From Chiloscyllium plagiosum (Eukaryota): DNA of 64,000 nt. Of this stretch, positions 51,690-64,000 are shown piece by piece. The position numbers were made by a program, and so were the translations under genes. Below the pieces are notes generated by a model. That model ran no database searches. It was not told the origin of the DNA and worked only from the letters and a program-made list of their open reading frames with translations. The first letter of the stretch is position 1. Every line of letters begins with the position of its first letter. The stretch lies in the NCBI RefSeq assembly GCF_004010195.1, contig NC_057718.1:14301742-14365741 (forward strand). The letters run 5' to 3'.

Positions 51690-52073
51690 CAGCATTTGTT
51701 ACCTCTTGAGAAAGCACTGACTTGAATACAACTGACTGGACCATTTCAGAGGGCACTTAGGAGTGAACTGTGTTGCTGTGGGTCGGGTGTCACATGTAGG
51801 CCAGACTGGGTAAGGATGGCAGATTTTTTTTCCCTAAAGGGCATTAATGAACCAGGTGTGTGTTTACATTACACTGATGTTCCTGTAGTGACTGTCATAA
51901 TTTGTTCCAGATCTGTTACAAATAGTGGAATTAAATTCCGTGACAACTACGGCAGGAATTGAGCTCCTGTGCAGTCATCCTCCGGATTATCATTGCTATG
52001 CTAGTGTACATTAGTTGACCAACTAACAGGGGAAAGGTGCATTGTGGAGGAGGACTAACAGCATCTGGGCAAG

Positions 52074-52075
<2 letters not shown>

Positions 52076-52162
<87 letters not shown>
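52076..52162. repeat. (CA)n microsatellite, ~43 units
   Basis: Seen directly. Confidence 0.98.
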
Positions 52163-52165
<3 letters not shown>

Positions 52166-52674
52166 TGGGAGGGGGTGCGAACCAAACTGGGGGAGGGAGA
52201 TGCACACACTATGAGGACGGGGTGAGAACGAGTGGAAGTAAAGCCTAAAGTGGAGGAGGGGTTGAACTACAGAAACATAAACTGCAGGAGAGCAGGAAAC
52301 GCCATTGGAAGTGAGGGAAATTCCATTTCAGGTTGAGGTTTGGGCTGTAGTTAATGTCTAGCAGCCTTAGGATTGTTCCCTGTGGTCTGAGCGGGACCTC
52401 ACTAATGCTGAGCTCCATCCAAGGGCTGAGGGAGTCTGTGGATTGGACAAAATTAGTGACCGAACTGGAATTAGAATTAGGTTTATTGTCACATGTACTC
52501 AAGTACAGAAGTACAGGAGTTCAGTGAAAAGTGTACAAAATCACCATTCCAGGTGCTGTATTAGGTTCAAAGGTACCTTGGTGCAAAATCTTAGGTAGAA
52601 AATAGGAAAATAAAGAAATAATTAAAAGTTCAACATTGCAGTGCGTCTATAGCTGTGGGCCTGCAGTCAGTCCG

Positions 52675-52980
52675 TGCTGGACCCACACTGTCCCCTGCAC
52701 TGGGCCCACTCTCCCCCTGCACTGGGCCCACACTGTCCCCCCCATACTGTCCCCCCTCGCACTGGGCCTGCTCCCCCCCCGCTGGGCCCACACTGTCCCC
52801 CGCACTGGGCCCACACTGTCCCCCGCACTGGGTCCACTCCGTCCCCTGAACTGGGCCCACACTGTCCCCTGCACTGGGCCCACACTGTCCCCCGCACTGG
52901 ACCCACACTGTCCCCCACACTGGGCCCACACTATCCCCCGCACTGGGCCTGCTCTCCCCCACACTGGGCCCCACATTCCA
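52675..52980. repeat. GC-rich minisatellite, ~23-bp unit gcactgggcccacactgtccccc, ~13 copies
   Basis: Tandem units without spacers. Confidence 0.95.
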
Positions 52981-53440
52981 CATGAGGGCATACTTTACCT
53001 CGCATTGGGCCAAGTCCCTCACCGCCGACCACCATCCGGGTTTAATCTAAGCGATAAGAGGGTCTGTATCTGGATGCAGGGACTCAGCAGTGAAATGAGG
53101 CCTTTAGTGGCCATGAATTGTCCACTCACAGGCCTCCATTTGGGCTGAGTTGGAGTTTTCCCACTGAGGACGGTAATGGAGCAGAAATCGGAAGGTGCTA
53201 GAGGGAGCCCCCATTCTCCGAACTAAATAAATACCCATTCCACCATCAAAATCCACAGCAAAGGCTTCTGATTTTTTCCTTTGGTTTTGGTTGTAGTATT
53301 GCTTTTGTAACTTACTGCACATTGTAAAAGGTTTATAAACTTTAGTTAGAGGTTTCTGGCATCAATGCTCTTGTGGGAAATCAGTGACGCTTTCGTGGTC
53401 TTCATTGCAGTTTGTGATGAACGGTTATAGGGAAATACTA

Positions 53441-53748
53441 GATTAGATTACTTACAGTGTGGAAACAGGCCCTTTGGCCCAACAAGTCCACACCGACCTG
53501 CCGAAGCGCAACCCACCCAGACCCATTCCCCTACATTTATCGCTTCGCCTAACACTGTGGGCAATTTCGCATGGCCAATTCACCTAACCTGCACATTTTT
53601 GGACTGTGGGAGGAAACCGAAACATCTGGAGGAAACCCAAGCAGACACGAGGAGAATGTGCAAACTCCACACAGTCAGTCGCCTGAGGTGGGAATTGAAC
53701 CTGGGTCTCTGGCGCTGTGAGGCAGCAGTGCTAACCACTGTGCCACCG
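53441..53748 (-). mobile_element. HE1-type SINE
   Basis: Near-full-length reverse complement of the 15024 copy. Confidence 0.9.
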
Positions 53749-53884
53749 AAACATTACAAAAGGAATTGATTTCTGTACAAGCATTAATTATCCTTCAATC
53801 TTTCTATTCTGTTTTGGTCTACCTTTGAAATAAAATTATTGTTCATCCTACCTCCAAACAGCTGAATATTTTAGTTAAGATTTT

Positions 53885-54510
53885 GTTTTATATGGAGAGG
53901 TTGACTAGGTTGGGCTTGTACTCACTGGAGTTTAGAAAAATGCGAAGTGACCTTATTGGGATCTTGAGGTGGTAGATGCAGAGAGATTGTTTCCTCTTGT
54001 GGGAGAGTCTTGGACTGAGGGCTTAATTTCAGAATAATGGGTCACACATTGAAGACCAAGCTGAGGAGGGATTCCTTCTCTAGAGGGTGCTGAATTTGAG
54101 GAATTCTTTACCACAGAGGACATCGGGGCTGTGTCATTAGTATATTCAAGACTGAGATAGATTTTTAATCAAAAAGGCAATCAAAGGTTTTGGAGAAAAG
54201 GCAGGAAAGTTGAGTGTTGGAGTTGGAGTTGAGTCCAAAGATATTTAGATTAGGTGGATTGGCCATGCTAAATTGCCTCATAGTGTCCAGGGATGTGCAG
54301 GCTAGGTGGGTTGGCCATGGGGAATGCAGGGTTACAGAGATAGGGTCGGAGAGAGGATGGTTCTGGGTGGGATGCTGTTCGGAGGATTGGTATTGACTCA
54401 ATGGGCCAAATGGCTTGCTTCCACACTTAGGGATTCTGCGATTTTCAATTAGCCATTGAATGGTGGAGCTGATTCAGTGGGCTGAATGGCCTCCTTCTGC
54501 TGTGACTTTT
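53885..54510 (+). mobile_element. CR1 LINE 3' fragment with a partial HE1 SINE (~54238-54440) inserted
   Basis: LINE tail resumes after the SINE 3' half. Confidence 0.7.
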
Positions 54511-55029
54511 GTTTTCTGATTGGTGATGCAGAAACATGCTGAAATGTTTTTAGTTTTTGAGGTTATGTAACTAAATACTACGTGAGCAAAGCTCCAGAAG
54601 TCCATCAGAGCAGAATTGGCAACTATATCTCCTACTTCTCATGGTATCCAGAGCTTTCTTTAGGATAGTATCCCAGAAATAAAAGAAATTGACTAAATAA
54701 ATGGAATGCAACTTTGAAGTGTTTCCATCTGTCATCAGTACACATTAGTCGCACCATTAAAGAGCACAGGATGATAGTGACCCAATACCCAATGAGGTCT
54801 GCTGTCTATTTCAGTGGGTAGTGTTGATTGCAGACTGATCCCATTCCTCCGTGTACCCTGAGTGTAGTAGGGCCATCTCATGTAGAAATAAAAGCTGAAC
54901 ATTGTCCTGACATTGTGTGAGCTTGGTACACATAATTGATAAATGTAGGCCTGTGTGTGTACGCATGCATGTGCATGCTTTGGGGAGTGCAGAAATAATA
55001 GATAAAACAGCTTTGGAAGGTGGTGGAAG

Positions 55030-56815
55030 ACTGTAAGATGTAGGAGCAGTATTAGGCCATTTGGCCCATCGAGTCTGCTCCACCATTCGATCATGGTTAA
55101 TATGTTTCTCAACCTCATTTTTATAACCTTTCATCCCCTTCCTAATCAAGAACCTGTCTATCTCTGTCCTACATACACTCAATGATTTGGTCTCCACAGC
55201 TTTCAGTGGCAATGAGTTCAACAGATTAACCACCCTCTGGCTGAAGAAATTCCTCCTCATGTCAATTCTAAAGGGTTGTCCCTTCATTCTGAGACTGCGC
55301 CCCTTGGGTTCTAGTCTCTCCTCCTAGTGGAAACACCATCCCCACGTCCACTCTATCCAGGCCTCTCAGTATTCTTTAAGTTTGAATCAAAGCCCTCCCC
55401 ACATCCTTCTGAACTCCATTGAGTACAGACCCAGAGGCTTCAACTGCACCTCATATGACAAGTCTTTCATCCTGAGATATTTTTGTAAACCTCCTCTAGA
55501 ACCCTTTCAGTGGCAGCACATCCTTTCTTAGATACAGGGCCCAAAACTGCTCACAAAATTCCAAATGCGGTCTGACTAGAACCTTTACACAACCTCAGGA
55601 GTATATCCCTTATCTTGTATTCTAGCCCTTTCGAAATGAGTGCAAACATTGCTTTCTTAACTGCCAACTGAACGTGCACGTTAACCTTAAGAGAATCCTG
55701 AACTCGGACTCTCAAGTCCCTTTGTGCTTCAGATTTCCAAAGCCTTTCCACCTTTAGAAAATAGTCCATGCCACAAATCTTCTGACCTAAGTGCATAACC
55801 TCACACTTTTCCGCATTGTATTCTATTCTTTGCCCACTCTCCTAGACTATCGAAGTTCTTCTGCAACCACATCTTCTCAACACTTTGTGTTCCATCAGCT
55901 ACACTCCTGTCATCTACACATGTAGCAACAATGTTCTCACTTCCTTCAGCAAGATTATTGATGAAGTAAGTGGATTGTTGTGGTCGAACACTGACCCCTG
56001 CACTAGTCACTGGATGCTATCCTGAAAAAGATCCCTTTCTCCCTACTCTGTGCTTTCTGCCAGTCAGCCAATCCTCTCTCGATGCCAGTACCTTGCCCCT
56101 CAACACCTTGGGCTTTTATCTTATTCAGCAGCCTCCTGTGAGGCACCTTATCATAGGCCTTCTGGAAATCCAAATAGATCACATTGACTGGCTCTCCCTT
56201 GCCTGCAATCTCATCCTAATAATGGGTTTGGAAATCTTAATCACAGACCAGGGTCTGGCTAGAAGGCCTATAGTTTGCTGCCTTTTGCCTTTCTCCTTCA
56301 TAAACAGCCCTCTGGGACTCTCCCTGGCTCCAGCGATTCCTGAAAAATCACCACCAATGAATCCATCATCTCCTCAGCTATCTCTTTCAGAGCTCTGGGG
56401 TGTAGTCCGTTTGGTCCAGGTTACCTTCAGATCGTTCAAATACTCAGCACTTTCCCTTCAATGATGGCCGCTGCACTCACTTCTGCCCCCTGACTCTCTT
56501 GAAGTTCTGGTATGCTGCTGGTGTCCTCCACTGTGAAAACTGATGCAATGTACCTTTTCAGTTCCTCTGCCATTTGTTTGCTCTCCTTTAATGCTCCAGC
56601 CTCATTTTCCAGCAATCCAATGTCCACTCTTGCCTCTCTCTTCCCTTCTTTTATCTAAAAAAAAGCTCTTGCAAACATCTTTTATATCACGAGCTAGCTC
56701 TCCCTTATATTCCGTCTTCTCCTTACTTATTGTTTCCCTAACACTCGTGGTCCTCTGCTAGTTTTTAAAGGCTTCCCAATCCTCTGGCTTCCCACTTACC
56801 TTTAGCACATTGTAC
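55030..56815 (-). mobile_element. Long degraded CR1 LINE ORF2 fragment
   Basis: ORFs 54811..55287 (RRNFFSQRVVNL), 55551..55796 (QRDL.V) and 56436..56627 (MAEEL..Y.ASVFT.ED). Confidence 0.88.
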
Positions 56816-57593
56816 ACTTGCAGAATTTTTGAATTTTTTTAAGGCAGAGGTGGATGGATTGTTGATAAGCAAGGAGGAGAGATGGGAAGTCATCCGGGTT
56901 AGGCAGGAATGATCTTATTGATTAGCAGAGCCCTACAGCTGCTGTTCATTTGATGATGCTCACTCTGGTTTAAACTTCCTCCATCTTTGCTGTTGCCTGA
57001 TGCTGTGATCTCCTCCATCCCTACAACCTCCATGGTGTCTGCACTTCTCTCTCCCTCTGGTCTCTTGTACCTTCACCATTATAACCACTCTTCCATTGCT
57101 GTCCATAACTTCAGGAGACCCTCCCTATACCGCTTTCATCCTCCAAGATGCTCCTTATCATCCACCTCTTTGTCCGTGACCTTGGCATCTCCTTATGTGG
57201 CTCTGTGTCACACCTTGTTTGATGATGGTCCTATGATGAGCCTTGGAATGTTTCATGGCACTGTATAAATAGAAATTGTTACTGCTGTTGTTTGGATCAT
57301 GACAGTCTCTCCTGAACCAGCAGAGTCTCCAGTCCCTCCTCTAGATTGGATCTTTCAGCTCGAAGCTGAGAAGAAACTGGAGGTTGGACTTCACTTGCTG
57401 CCTTGTGCACTTCACCCAAACCTGCTGCTGCCTCCAGTATTGATCTTCTTGTTGGTGTGGGATCAGGAGGCTGAGTTTGACAATGTGTTCTTGTAAGGCC
57501 GGTGCTCCCAGGTCTGATGCTGAAATGCGTGTTGGTGTTTGCTGTAAAGTGACTCGATCTCAACTTGTCCCGCACTCTGTCCTGCGTGTTCAA

Positions 57594-57820
57594 CCAAAGG
57601 ACAAAAGCACTGGAAATCTGAAATAAAAATGGAAAGTGTTGGAGAAACTCAGCAGGCCTGGCATCATTTGTGGAGAGAGAAACACAGTTAAAGTTAGAGA
57701 CTAAAAACTCAGCTTTTGATTTGGGTTGAGTTCTGAAGAGGGTCACTGGACTCGAAACATTCACTCTGTCTCTCTTTCCGCAGATGCTGCCAGACCTGCT
57801 GAGTTTCTTCACCAGTTTCT
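57594..57820. mobile_element. Family C inverted-pair mini-element with + strand hammerhead motif
   Basis: GAGTT-CTGAAGA-GGGTC(ACTG)GACTC-GAAA-CATT-CACTC (57728-57766); stem III and stem I carry point changes. Confidence 0.75.
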
Positions 57821-58701
57821 GTGTTTAATTTTGGATGACCCATGTGTGATGCAACAGTCAGTGACTTAGTGGGAGTTCCAAACTGTTGCCAAAAGATACA
57901 ATGAACTTGTAAAAACACAGATGGAGATAGATTTAGTGAGTTGGCAAAAATGTGACAGATGAAGTATAATGTGAGACAAATGTGAAATTTTCCACTTTAG
58001 CAGGAAGACTACAAAAGCAGTGTACCATTTAAATAGAACATAGAACATAGAAGAAACCACGCAGTACAGGCCCTTCGGCCCTCGATGTTGCGCCGATCCA
58101 AGCCCAACTAACCTACACTAGCCCACTATCCTCCATATGCCTATCCAATGCCCGCTTAAATGCCCATAATGAGGGAGAGTCCACCACTGCTACTGGCAGG
58201 GCATTCCATGAACTCACGACTCGCTGAGTAATGAACCTACCCCTAACATCTGTCCTATACCTACCCCCCCTTAATTAGAGATAATTTGCTCAACTTTGAA
58301 GTACAGGTCTTTTGAGGTTGATACTGGTTTAGCAATAATGTCACAGTCTAGTCATCTAAGATCAACACAAATGTTCTGGGATATGGGTTCAAATCCCATT
58401 GTGGCAGACAATAAAATGCAATAATAATCTGGAATTAGATGCTCATCTGATTTTGTAAAGACTCATCTGTTTCACCAATATCTTTTGGGGAAGAAAATCT
58501 ACCATCTTCACCCAGTCTGGCCTACATATGTATCCATACCCCATAGCAATGCACTCTGCTCTTAAATGCCTCCCAAAATGGGCTTGCAAAACTGTTCAGT
58601 ACTGGAGAGTAATTAGGGAAGGCAGGGTCAGAGCTACCCAAAATCCATGAATGAATTACAAACAAAATCTGGGTGCCCTGATACATGAATCACAAAGTTA
58701 G

Positions 58702-59315
58702 GATTTGGAGTTGTCGATGTTGGACTGGAGTGTACAAAGTTAAAAATCACACAACACCAGGTTATAGTCCAACAGGTTTAATTCTGGATTAGAGTGGTGC
58801 TGGAAAAGCACAGCAGTTCAGGCAGCATCCGAGGAGCAGTAAAATCGACGTTTCAGACAAAAGCCCTACATCAGGAATACCTGGTGTTCCTGATGAAGGG
58901 CTTTTGCCCGAAACGTCGATTTTACTGCTCCTCGGATGCTGCCTGAACTGCTGTGCTTTTCCAGCACCGCTCTAATCCAGAATCTGGTTTCCAGCATCTG
59001 CAGTCCTTGTTTTTACCAACAGGTTTAATTGGAAGCACTAGCTTTCAGAGTGCTGCTCCTTCATCAGGTGGTTTTGGAGAGTAAGATTGTAAGACACAGA
59101 ATTTATAGCAAACGTTTACAGTGTGAGGTAACTGAAATTATATATTTAATAAAGACCTGGATTCTTTGTTAAGTCTTTCATCTGTTAGAATGACCATGTT
59201 GGTTTCAGTTCTTTCATATGTAAATCGCAAAACTTTTTTTGTAAACAAAAGCTAGTGCTTCCAAATAAATCTGTTGGACTATAACTTGGTGTTGTGAGAT
59301 TTTTAACTTTGTATG
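58702..59315. mobile_element. Family B inverted element (long arm includes extra 3' UTR-like sequence)
   Basis: 9-bp TSD CAAAGTTAG (58693-58701 / 59316-59324). Degenerate minus-strand HHR at ~59037-59070. Confidence 0.85.
58784..59015. mobile_element. Family A inverted-pair element nested in family B
   Basis: Perfect 15-bp TSD CCAACAGGTTTAATT (58769-58783 / 59016-59030). Intact + HHR CTGATGA(58890)-A-GGGC(TTTT)GCCC-GAAA-CGTC(58917). Confidence 0.92.
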
Positions 59316-59984
59316 CAAAGTTAGCATGCAGATGCAGCAAGTGATTTGGAATGCAAGTGCAGCATTGTTGTTCATTGCTAATAGAATGGAATAGAACTGT
59401 CAAAGAGTTTTACAGTGCTTGCTCAGAGCATTTATGAGACTACATCTGAAGTACTAAGTACAATTTTGGCCTCCTTATTTGCAAAATGATATATTTGCTT
59501 TCGAAACAGTTCAAAGCCGGGTCACTTAACTCATTCTTGTGATGACGAACCTATTTTGTGAAGAAAGGTTGAATAAGTTAGACCTATATCTGTTGGGTTC
59601 AGAAGAAAGAAAGGTGATTAGATTGAGACGTAAAAGATCTTCGGGGGGCTGGTTAGGGTGGATATCTGAGGATGTTTCCTCTGGTCAGGGAAATTAAAAC
59701 CAAGGGGCATAATTCAAGATTGATGGGTTTCACTTTTAAGACAGAAATCTTTTCCCTCATAGGATGTATCTTCCATAGAAGGTAGTGGAGACTGGGTCTT
59801 TACATTTAATCCAAGCTGAGTTAAGTAGGTTTTTGTTATGTGACATAGTCAAGGGATGTGTAGGAACAGACTGGCAAGTGAAGCAGAAACCACAGTCAGG
59901 ACAACCATGACTTTATTTAATCATGAACCAAGCTCGAAGGGCTAAATGCCTACTCCTGCTCTCAAGTGCTAAGTTGCTATTGTC

Positions 59985-60420
59985 ACAGCGCAGAAGGAGG
60001 CCAATCAGCTCATTGTGTTGGCACTGGCTCTCCAAATGAGCAGATCATTTTCACTGCCTTTTCTCTGCACCCCTGGGGACACATCCCTTCTTTCTGAATA
60101 ACTCTCTAATTCCCTTTCCAGTGTTTCAATTGACCCTGCTTTCACTACACTGGCCGGCTGTGTATCCCAGATCCTAACCACACGCTGTGTGAGAAAGGTA
60201 TTTCTCAGGCTGCCATTGCTTCTTCTATCGACTACTTTAAATCCGTGTTCTCTTATTCTCAATCCTTTCCTGAGTGGCAACAATTTCTCCCCATTTTTCC
60301 TGCCTATGCCCCTCCTGATTTTCTATACCTCCGTCAGATCTTCCCTCAAACTTCTCTCCAAGGAAAACAGTCCCACCTTCTCCGATCTATCTTCAGAACT
60401 GAAATTCCTCCTCTTGTGAT
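59985..60420 (-). mobile_element. CR1 LINE 3' fragment
   Basis: ORF 60005..60283: EHGFKV..FLTQRVVRIW. Confidence 0.8.
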
Positions 60421-63403
60421 GTACTTTCCTGATATTTAAGTAATAATAACATGCTGAGCATTAACATCCGACTCTTGTCAGTTTATTTATTTATTTTAGA
60501 CTGTCAGAATCATCTGCTCACAAGCCTCTGTCAGTGCTGACTCTACAGGGTTTGTTTAGATTCTTTTTACATGGCAAGTGAGTATCGTTGGTGAGTTCGG
60601 CATTTGTTGCCCATTGCTAATTGCTGTTGAGAGCAGTTAGGGGTCATCCTTACTGCTGCGGGTCTGGAGCCTGACAGAAGCCATTCTAAAGGGCATTAAT
60701 GAACGAGATAGGTTTTTCATGTTTTCATGTTCACCAAGTGTAGTTGTCACTTCCAGATTTACCAGGTGGGTAAATTGTTGTCCTTAGGACATTAGTCTGT
60801 GCTGTAGGGTTGTAATTCCAGTGACATTGCTATTACAGGACTGTCTTGCCCTATTATAACTACCATAGCAACGTGAGATTACTTAGCCACTGATTTATCA
60901 TCCCTATGAGTCACATGTTGAGACCTTGATGGTGTCTTAGGATGGACTGCTTTATGTGGACATGGGGAGAGTACTGTGTTCAGGCTTTGGACTAAGGGAG
61001 AATATTGTAGCTTCTTCAGTGGCATAGAAACATAGAAGACAGGAGCTGTTTGAGCTCTCGCCTGTTCCACCATTCGGTATGATCATGGCTGATCACTGAG
61101 GGATTAGGTGTTCATGCTAACCACCGCGATTTCAAATGTGCCAGTTGTAAATGCTCAAGCCTCTAGTCCTCAGGGTCTTTAACAGTCTCTGAATACAGCC
61201 TCCATGGCAGTAATGATGAGTAATTACTGGGCCCCGTCTTCATTAACCTTCAATAAGCTTGTTCTCACAGCCAATTAATTGCTAATGGATTGATAGAGTT
61301 GTGCGAAGGCTGAGTGGGCAGCTGTGTCACTCCCTTCCGTGTCCTGATGGGAGTGGCCTGGGATTGATCAACAAGCAGAGTAACGCAGGGAGCTGTGGAG
61401 ACTGCTGGCTATCTGTCTGTAACTGCTGAGATAAGCTGATGTTAGTAATCCTGGAGCAAATCCAACTGAGGACCAAACGAACTGCAACTGTCATCCCAAA
61501 GGAGAAACCTACTGAGGAGAAGGGGACAACTGACTGTTGTGTGCATGGCTTTCCCCAGCCGCTGGTGGTCAGATATGAAAGAGGATTGCTGGGCTCTGTA
61601 CTTACACCGAACATGATGCCGATCAGGAATATCGAGTGCTGTAAAGATATTGTGTTGAAAAGGTGATGAATGATGTATGAAATGTCTGTTTTTCAGTCAT
61701 CTTCCCTCCACACTAGACATCTGCACGATCATAGAATAAGGGTGACTCAGAAGAGGCCATTCAGCCCACTGAGCTAATTCTGGCTATTTGAAAGAAGCCT
61801 GTCCAGTTCATCCCACAATTGGATACTTTCAGCATGGTCCTGCTAATGTTTCCAAGGCTGATTTATGTGCAAACATTGCCGTTGTTTAGCACCTGCATTA
61901 AGCTTCCGCTTGGACCTAATTGCTGTCTCAGGCACCTAATACGGGAGCCGTATGTCAGAGCTGATCCAGATAGTGGGTGCCATTCAACATGCGGTTTGAC
62001 ACTGGGGCTTCACTCAGTGGGTCCACCCTTCCTGTCTCACACGTGGAAATCCACACGCCTGGCAGAAACTGTGAAGAGAGGAGGAACAGTGAATGTTTTG
62101 AGTCCAATATGTGTCTTCTTCAGAATAATTTCAAACATTCAGCCTTGGGTGAGGTCGGGAATGCACTCATTTGCAATTCAAAGCTCGTCCCATACAGTGA
62201 TCAAGGAGGAGTTAGTGTTTACACTATAACTTTGGGCCTTGGTATATCATTTACGAGGTGCACATTTAGTTTAGTTGTGAAGGTGACACTGCTGTAGTTT
62301 GAATGAACTACATTCCTTCAATTCAGTGGAGGGGATGTCTCAGAATACTTCAACAAAGCAGTTAATAAAGCAATCATTGGAAACATGCCAGCCAGGAAGA
62401 AGGAATGCTGCCTGTGTTTGGTCTTTGTTTCTGGTCCATCATTCAGATTAGTCACAAAGAGATGTATGTTTTGAAGAGCTGGCTGTAGTCACTGAGTGTT
62501 CACCAGATGGCAGGAAATTCCAGGGTCATTCTCTGCGTCAAGAGTTGTTAACAACTTTTTCACAACATGGGCTCCTACAGACAAGGCCGGGTCCCCCACA
62601 CACTGTATATCCCAAAACCATGGGTGGTGACCCAGCCCCACAGTGAGGTCACAGGAAGGGGGTTGGAGTCTCCAGCTCCAGTGACAACTGTGGAGTGGAT
62701 TCTCCGATTTGATCATCTGGGGAATGGTTGCTGGATTGTTTTATTTTTGTCCGTGTGCTAAGTCTAATCCATTGAGCTCCGAGACTCCAAAAGAACCTGA
62801 AAAATGGTCAGTGTCTTAGCTGTTCTAAGTACCCATAAACCTACTCTGCACTACCTCCCCTTTCCCCCAGTTTTCACTCTGGGTGATACTAAGTGTGAAG
62901 TATTAAAATGGGGTCATGTTTGGGAAGCACTGACTTCTGTTATGTTGCAAGGATAACATGGCTGAGGGAACAATTAAATTATTGCCTTGTTTTGACATGT
63001 CCCTGCTTGCTCACTCTTCCATTGGTCCAAGTGTACGACCTATGACCTCTTTCTTTTGGTAAGATAATCGGCTAGTGAGCATTCTTGCTGACATTCCGTA
63101 AAATAAACAAACTGCTCGATTCCTTAACTTGTAACCACCAATTAATGGCACGTTCCAGGCCTTTCTGTGGCAGACATTTTGTGATTCTGAAATTGGAGCC
63201 AGTTTTGCTGTCAAATAATAACTGGGGGTTTGGAGGTAGAAATTGGGAGCTGCAAGATCAGCATAGGGAGGCCCTAATCAAGTCAAGCTCCTACCTTTCC
63301 TACCAAAAGTCCAAGCTGCAGTGGTGCAGAAAGTAGTCCTTAAGTTGCCATAAATTAATCTCACAGACAACAACAGGCTGCTTGAGGGGAGGAACAGGCT
63401 ACA

Positions 63404-63619
63404 GGGAGAAAGTGAGGTCTGCAGATGCTAGAGATCAGAGTTGAGAGTGTGTTGCTGGAAAAGCACAGCAGGTCAGGCAGCACCCGAGGAGCAGGAGAAT
63501 CGACGTTTCAGTTCGGAGCCCTTCAATCCTGATGAAGGGCTCCAGCCCAAAACATCGATTCTCCTGCTCCTCGGATGCTGCCTGACCTGCTGTGCTTTTC
63601 CAGCAGCACGCGCTCAACT
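63404..63619. mobile_element. Family A inverted-pair element
   Basis: Arms inverted around gagcccttcaatcctgatgaagggctc; + HHR has AATC/GATT stem I but a mutated GAAA/GTC core. Confidence 0.88.
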
Positions 63620-64000
63620 GCTTGAGTTACAGGTTTATATTTAAACTTGATCCCAGGTCAAGGCTTGGCTTGTTTAGCTCTTAGGTCTGACATCAGTAGC
63701 AAAGTAAGAGAAAAACCAGACAAATTGAAGATGAGTCAGGAAGGGCAGAGAGTTTGGTGCTGGATGGAAGATCACTAAGGAAAACTACCATGTTGCTAGC
63801 GAGAAGTATATACTTGGAATTGTTTTAAAGAGTCTAGATGCATTCACATATGCAATGAAGATTGAAGTGAGTCTCCAACCTGCCCATCCCTTCCTTGAAA
63901 GAAGAAATCTGGCCAACAGAAAGCATGACAAACCATCTCTCGTCCGAGCTCCATTGGCAGTTCAAAGTGAGAGTTGATGAGAAAATGAAAGCCACAAGGA

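Larger units (their letters stand above)
57880..59980 (+). mobile_element. Old CR1 LINE hosting nested HER1 tail (~58033-58275 -), SINE (~58320-58660) and family B and A elements
   Basis: LINE motifs (KCE..HF; DLG.L.HES.KVSMQ; RLHL.Y; GD.IET) continue across the insertions. Confidence 0.75.

Noticed and set aside
52675..52980. CRISPR-like array or repetitive protein ORFs
   Set aside because: Tandem units with no unique spacers, vertebrate context, and ORFs open in all frames as expected for a stop-free repeat.
58784..59015. Classification of the palindromic elements as MITEs or pre-miRNAs
   Set aside because: Unequal arms, variable 7-18 bp TSDs, solo-arm copies and attachment to a GIY-YIG ORF point to retroposition; multicopy repeat origin argues against calling a miRNA without reads.
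19749..64000. Next KIF26B exon (expected to begin VKVMLRI)
   Set aside because: Not found by eye or in the ORF track; probably beyond the window, though a missed short exon cannot be excluded.

Overview
Repeat-rich vertebrate genomic DNA, very probably from a shark (HE1-type SINEs, HER1/CR1 LINEs, DeuSINE relics; the taxon is inferred from repeat content only). The window lies inside a + strand KIF26B (kinesin-11) gene. One clear internal coding exon (19562-19748, [14 protein letters not shown]...[19 protein letters not shown]) is flanked by very long introns. A repeat-free promoter-like island at about 6.3-8.4 kb ends in a strong-Kozak ATG and a GTAAGT donor (7321-7337, MECSEV) whose phase fits that exon, which suggests an internal promoter for an N-terminally truncated KIF26B. 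The most striking non-genic signal is three families of tiny (100-250 bp) elements, many flanked by target-site duplications (TSDs), built around minimal hammerhead-ribozyme (HHR) motifs (CUGANGA-stem II-GAAA-palindromic stem III). They occur as solo units, as inverted pairs, nested in one another, and (family A) attached to GIY-YIG Penelope-like ORFs. Also present are solo LTRs, one carrying an insertion followed by serial copies of its own target site, nested retroelement stacks, Rex1/RTE fragments, mini- and microsatellites, candidate enhancers and a 142-N gap. All calls were made by eye, with no searches or folding runs; repeat boundaries are approximate unless a TSD is given.
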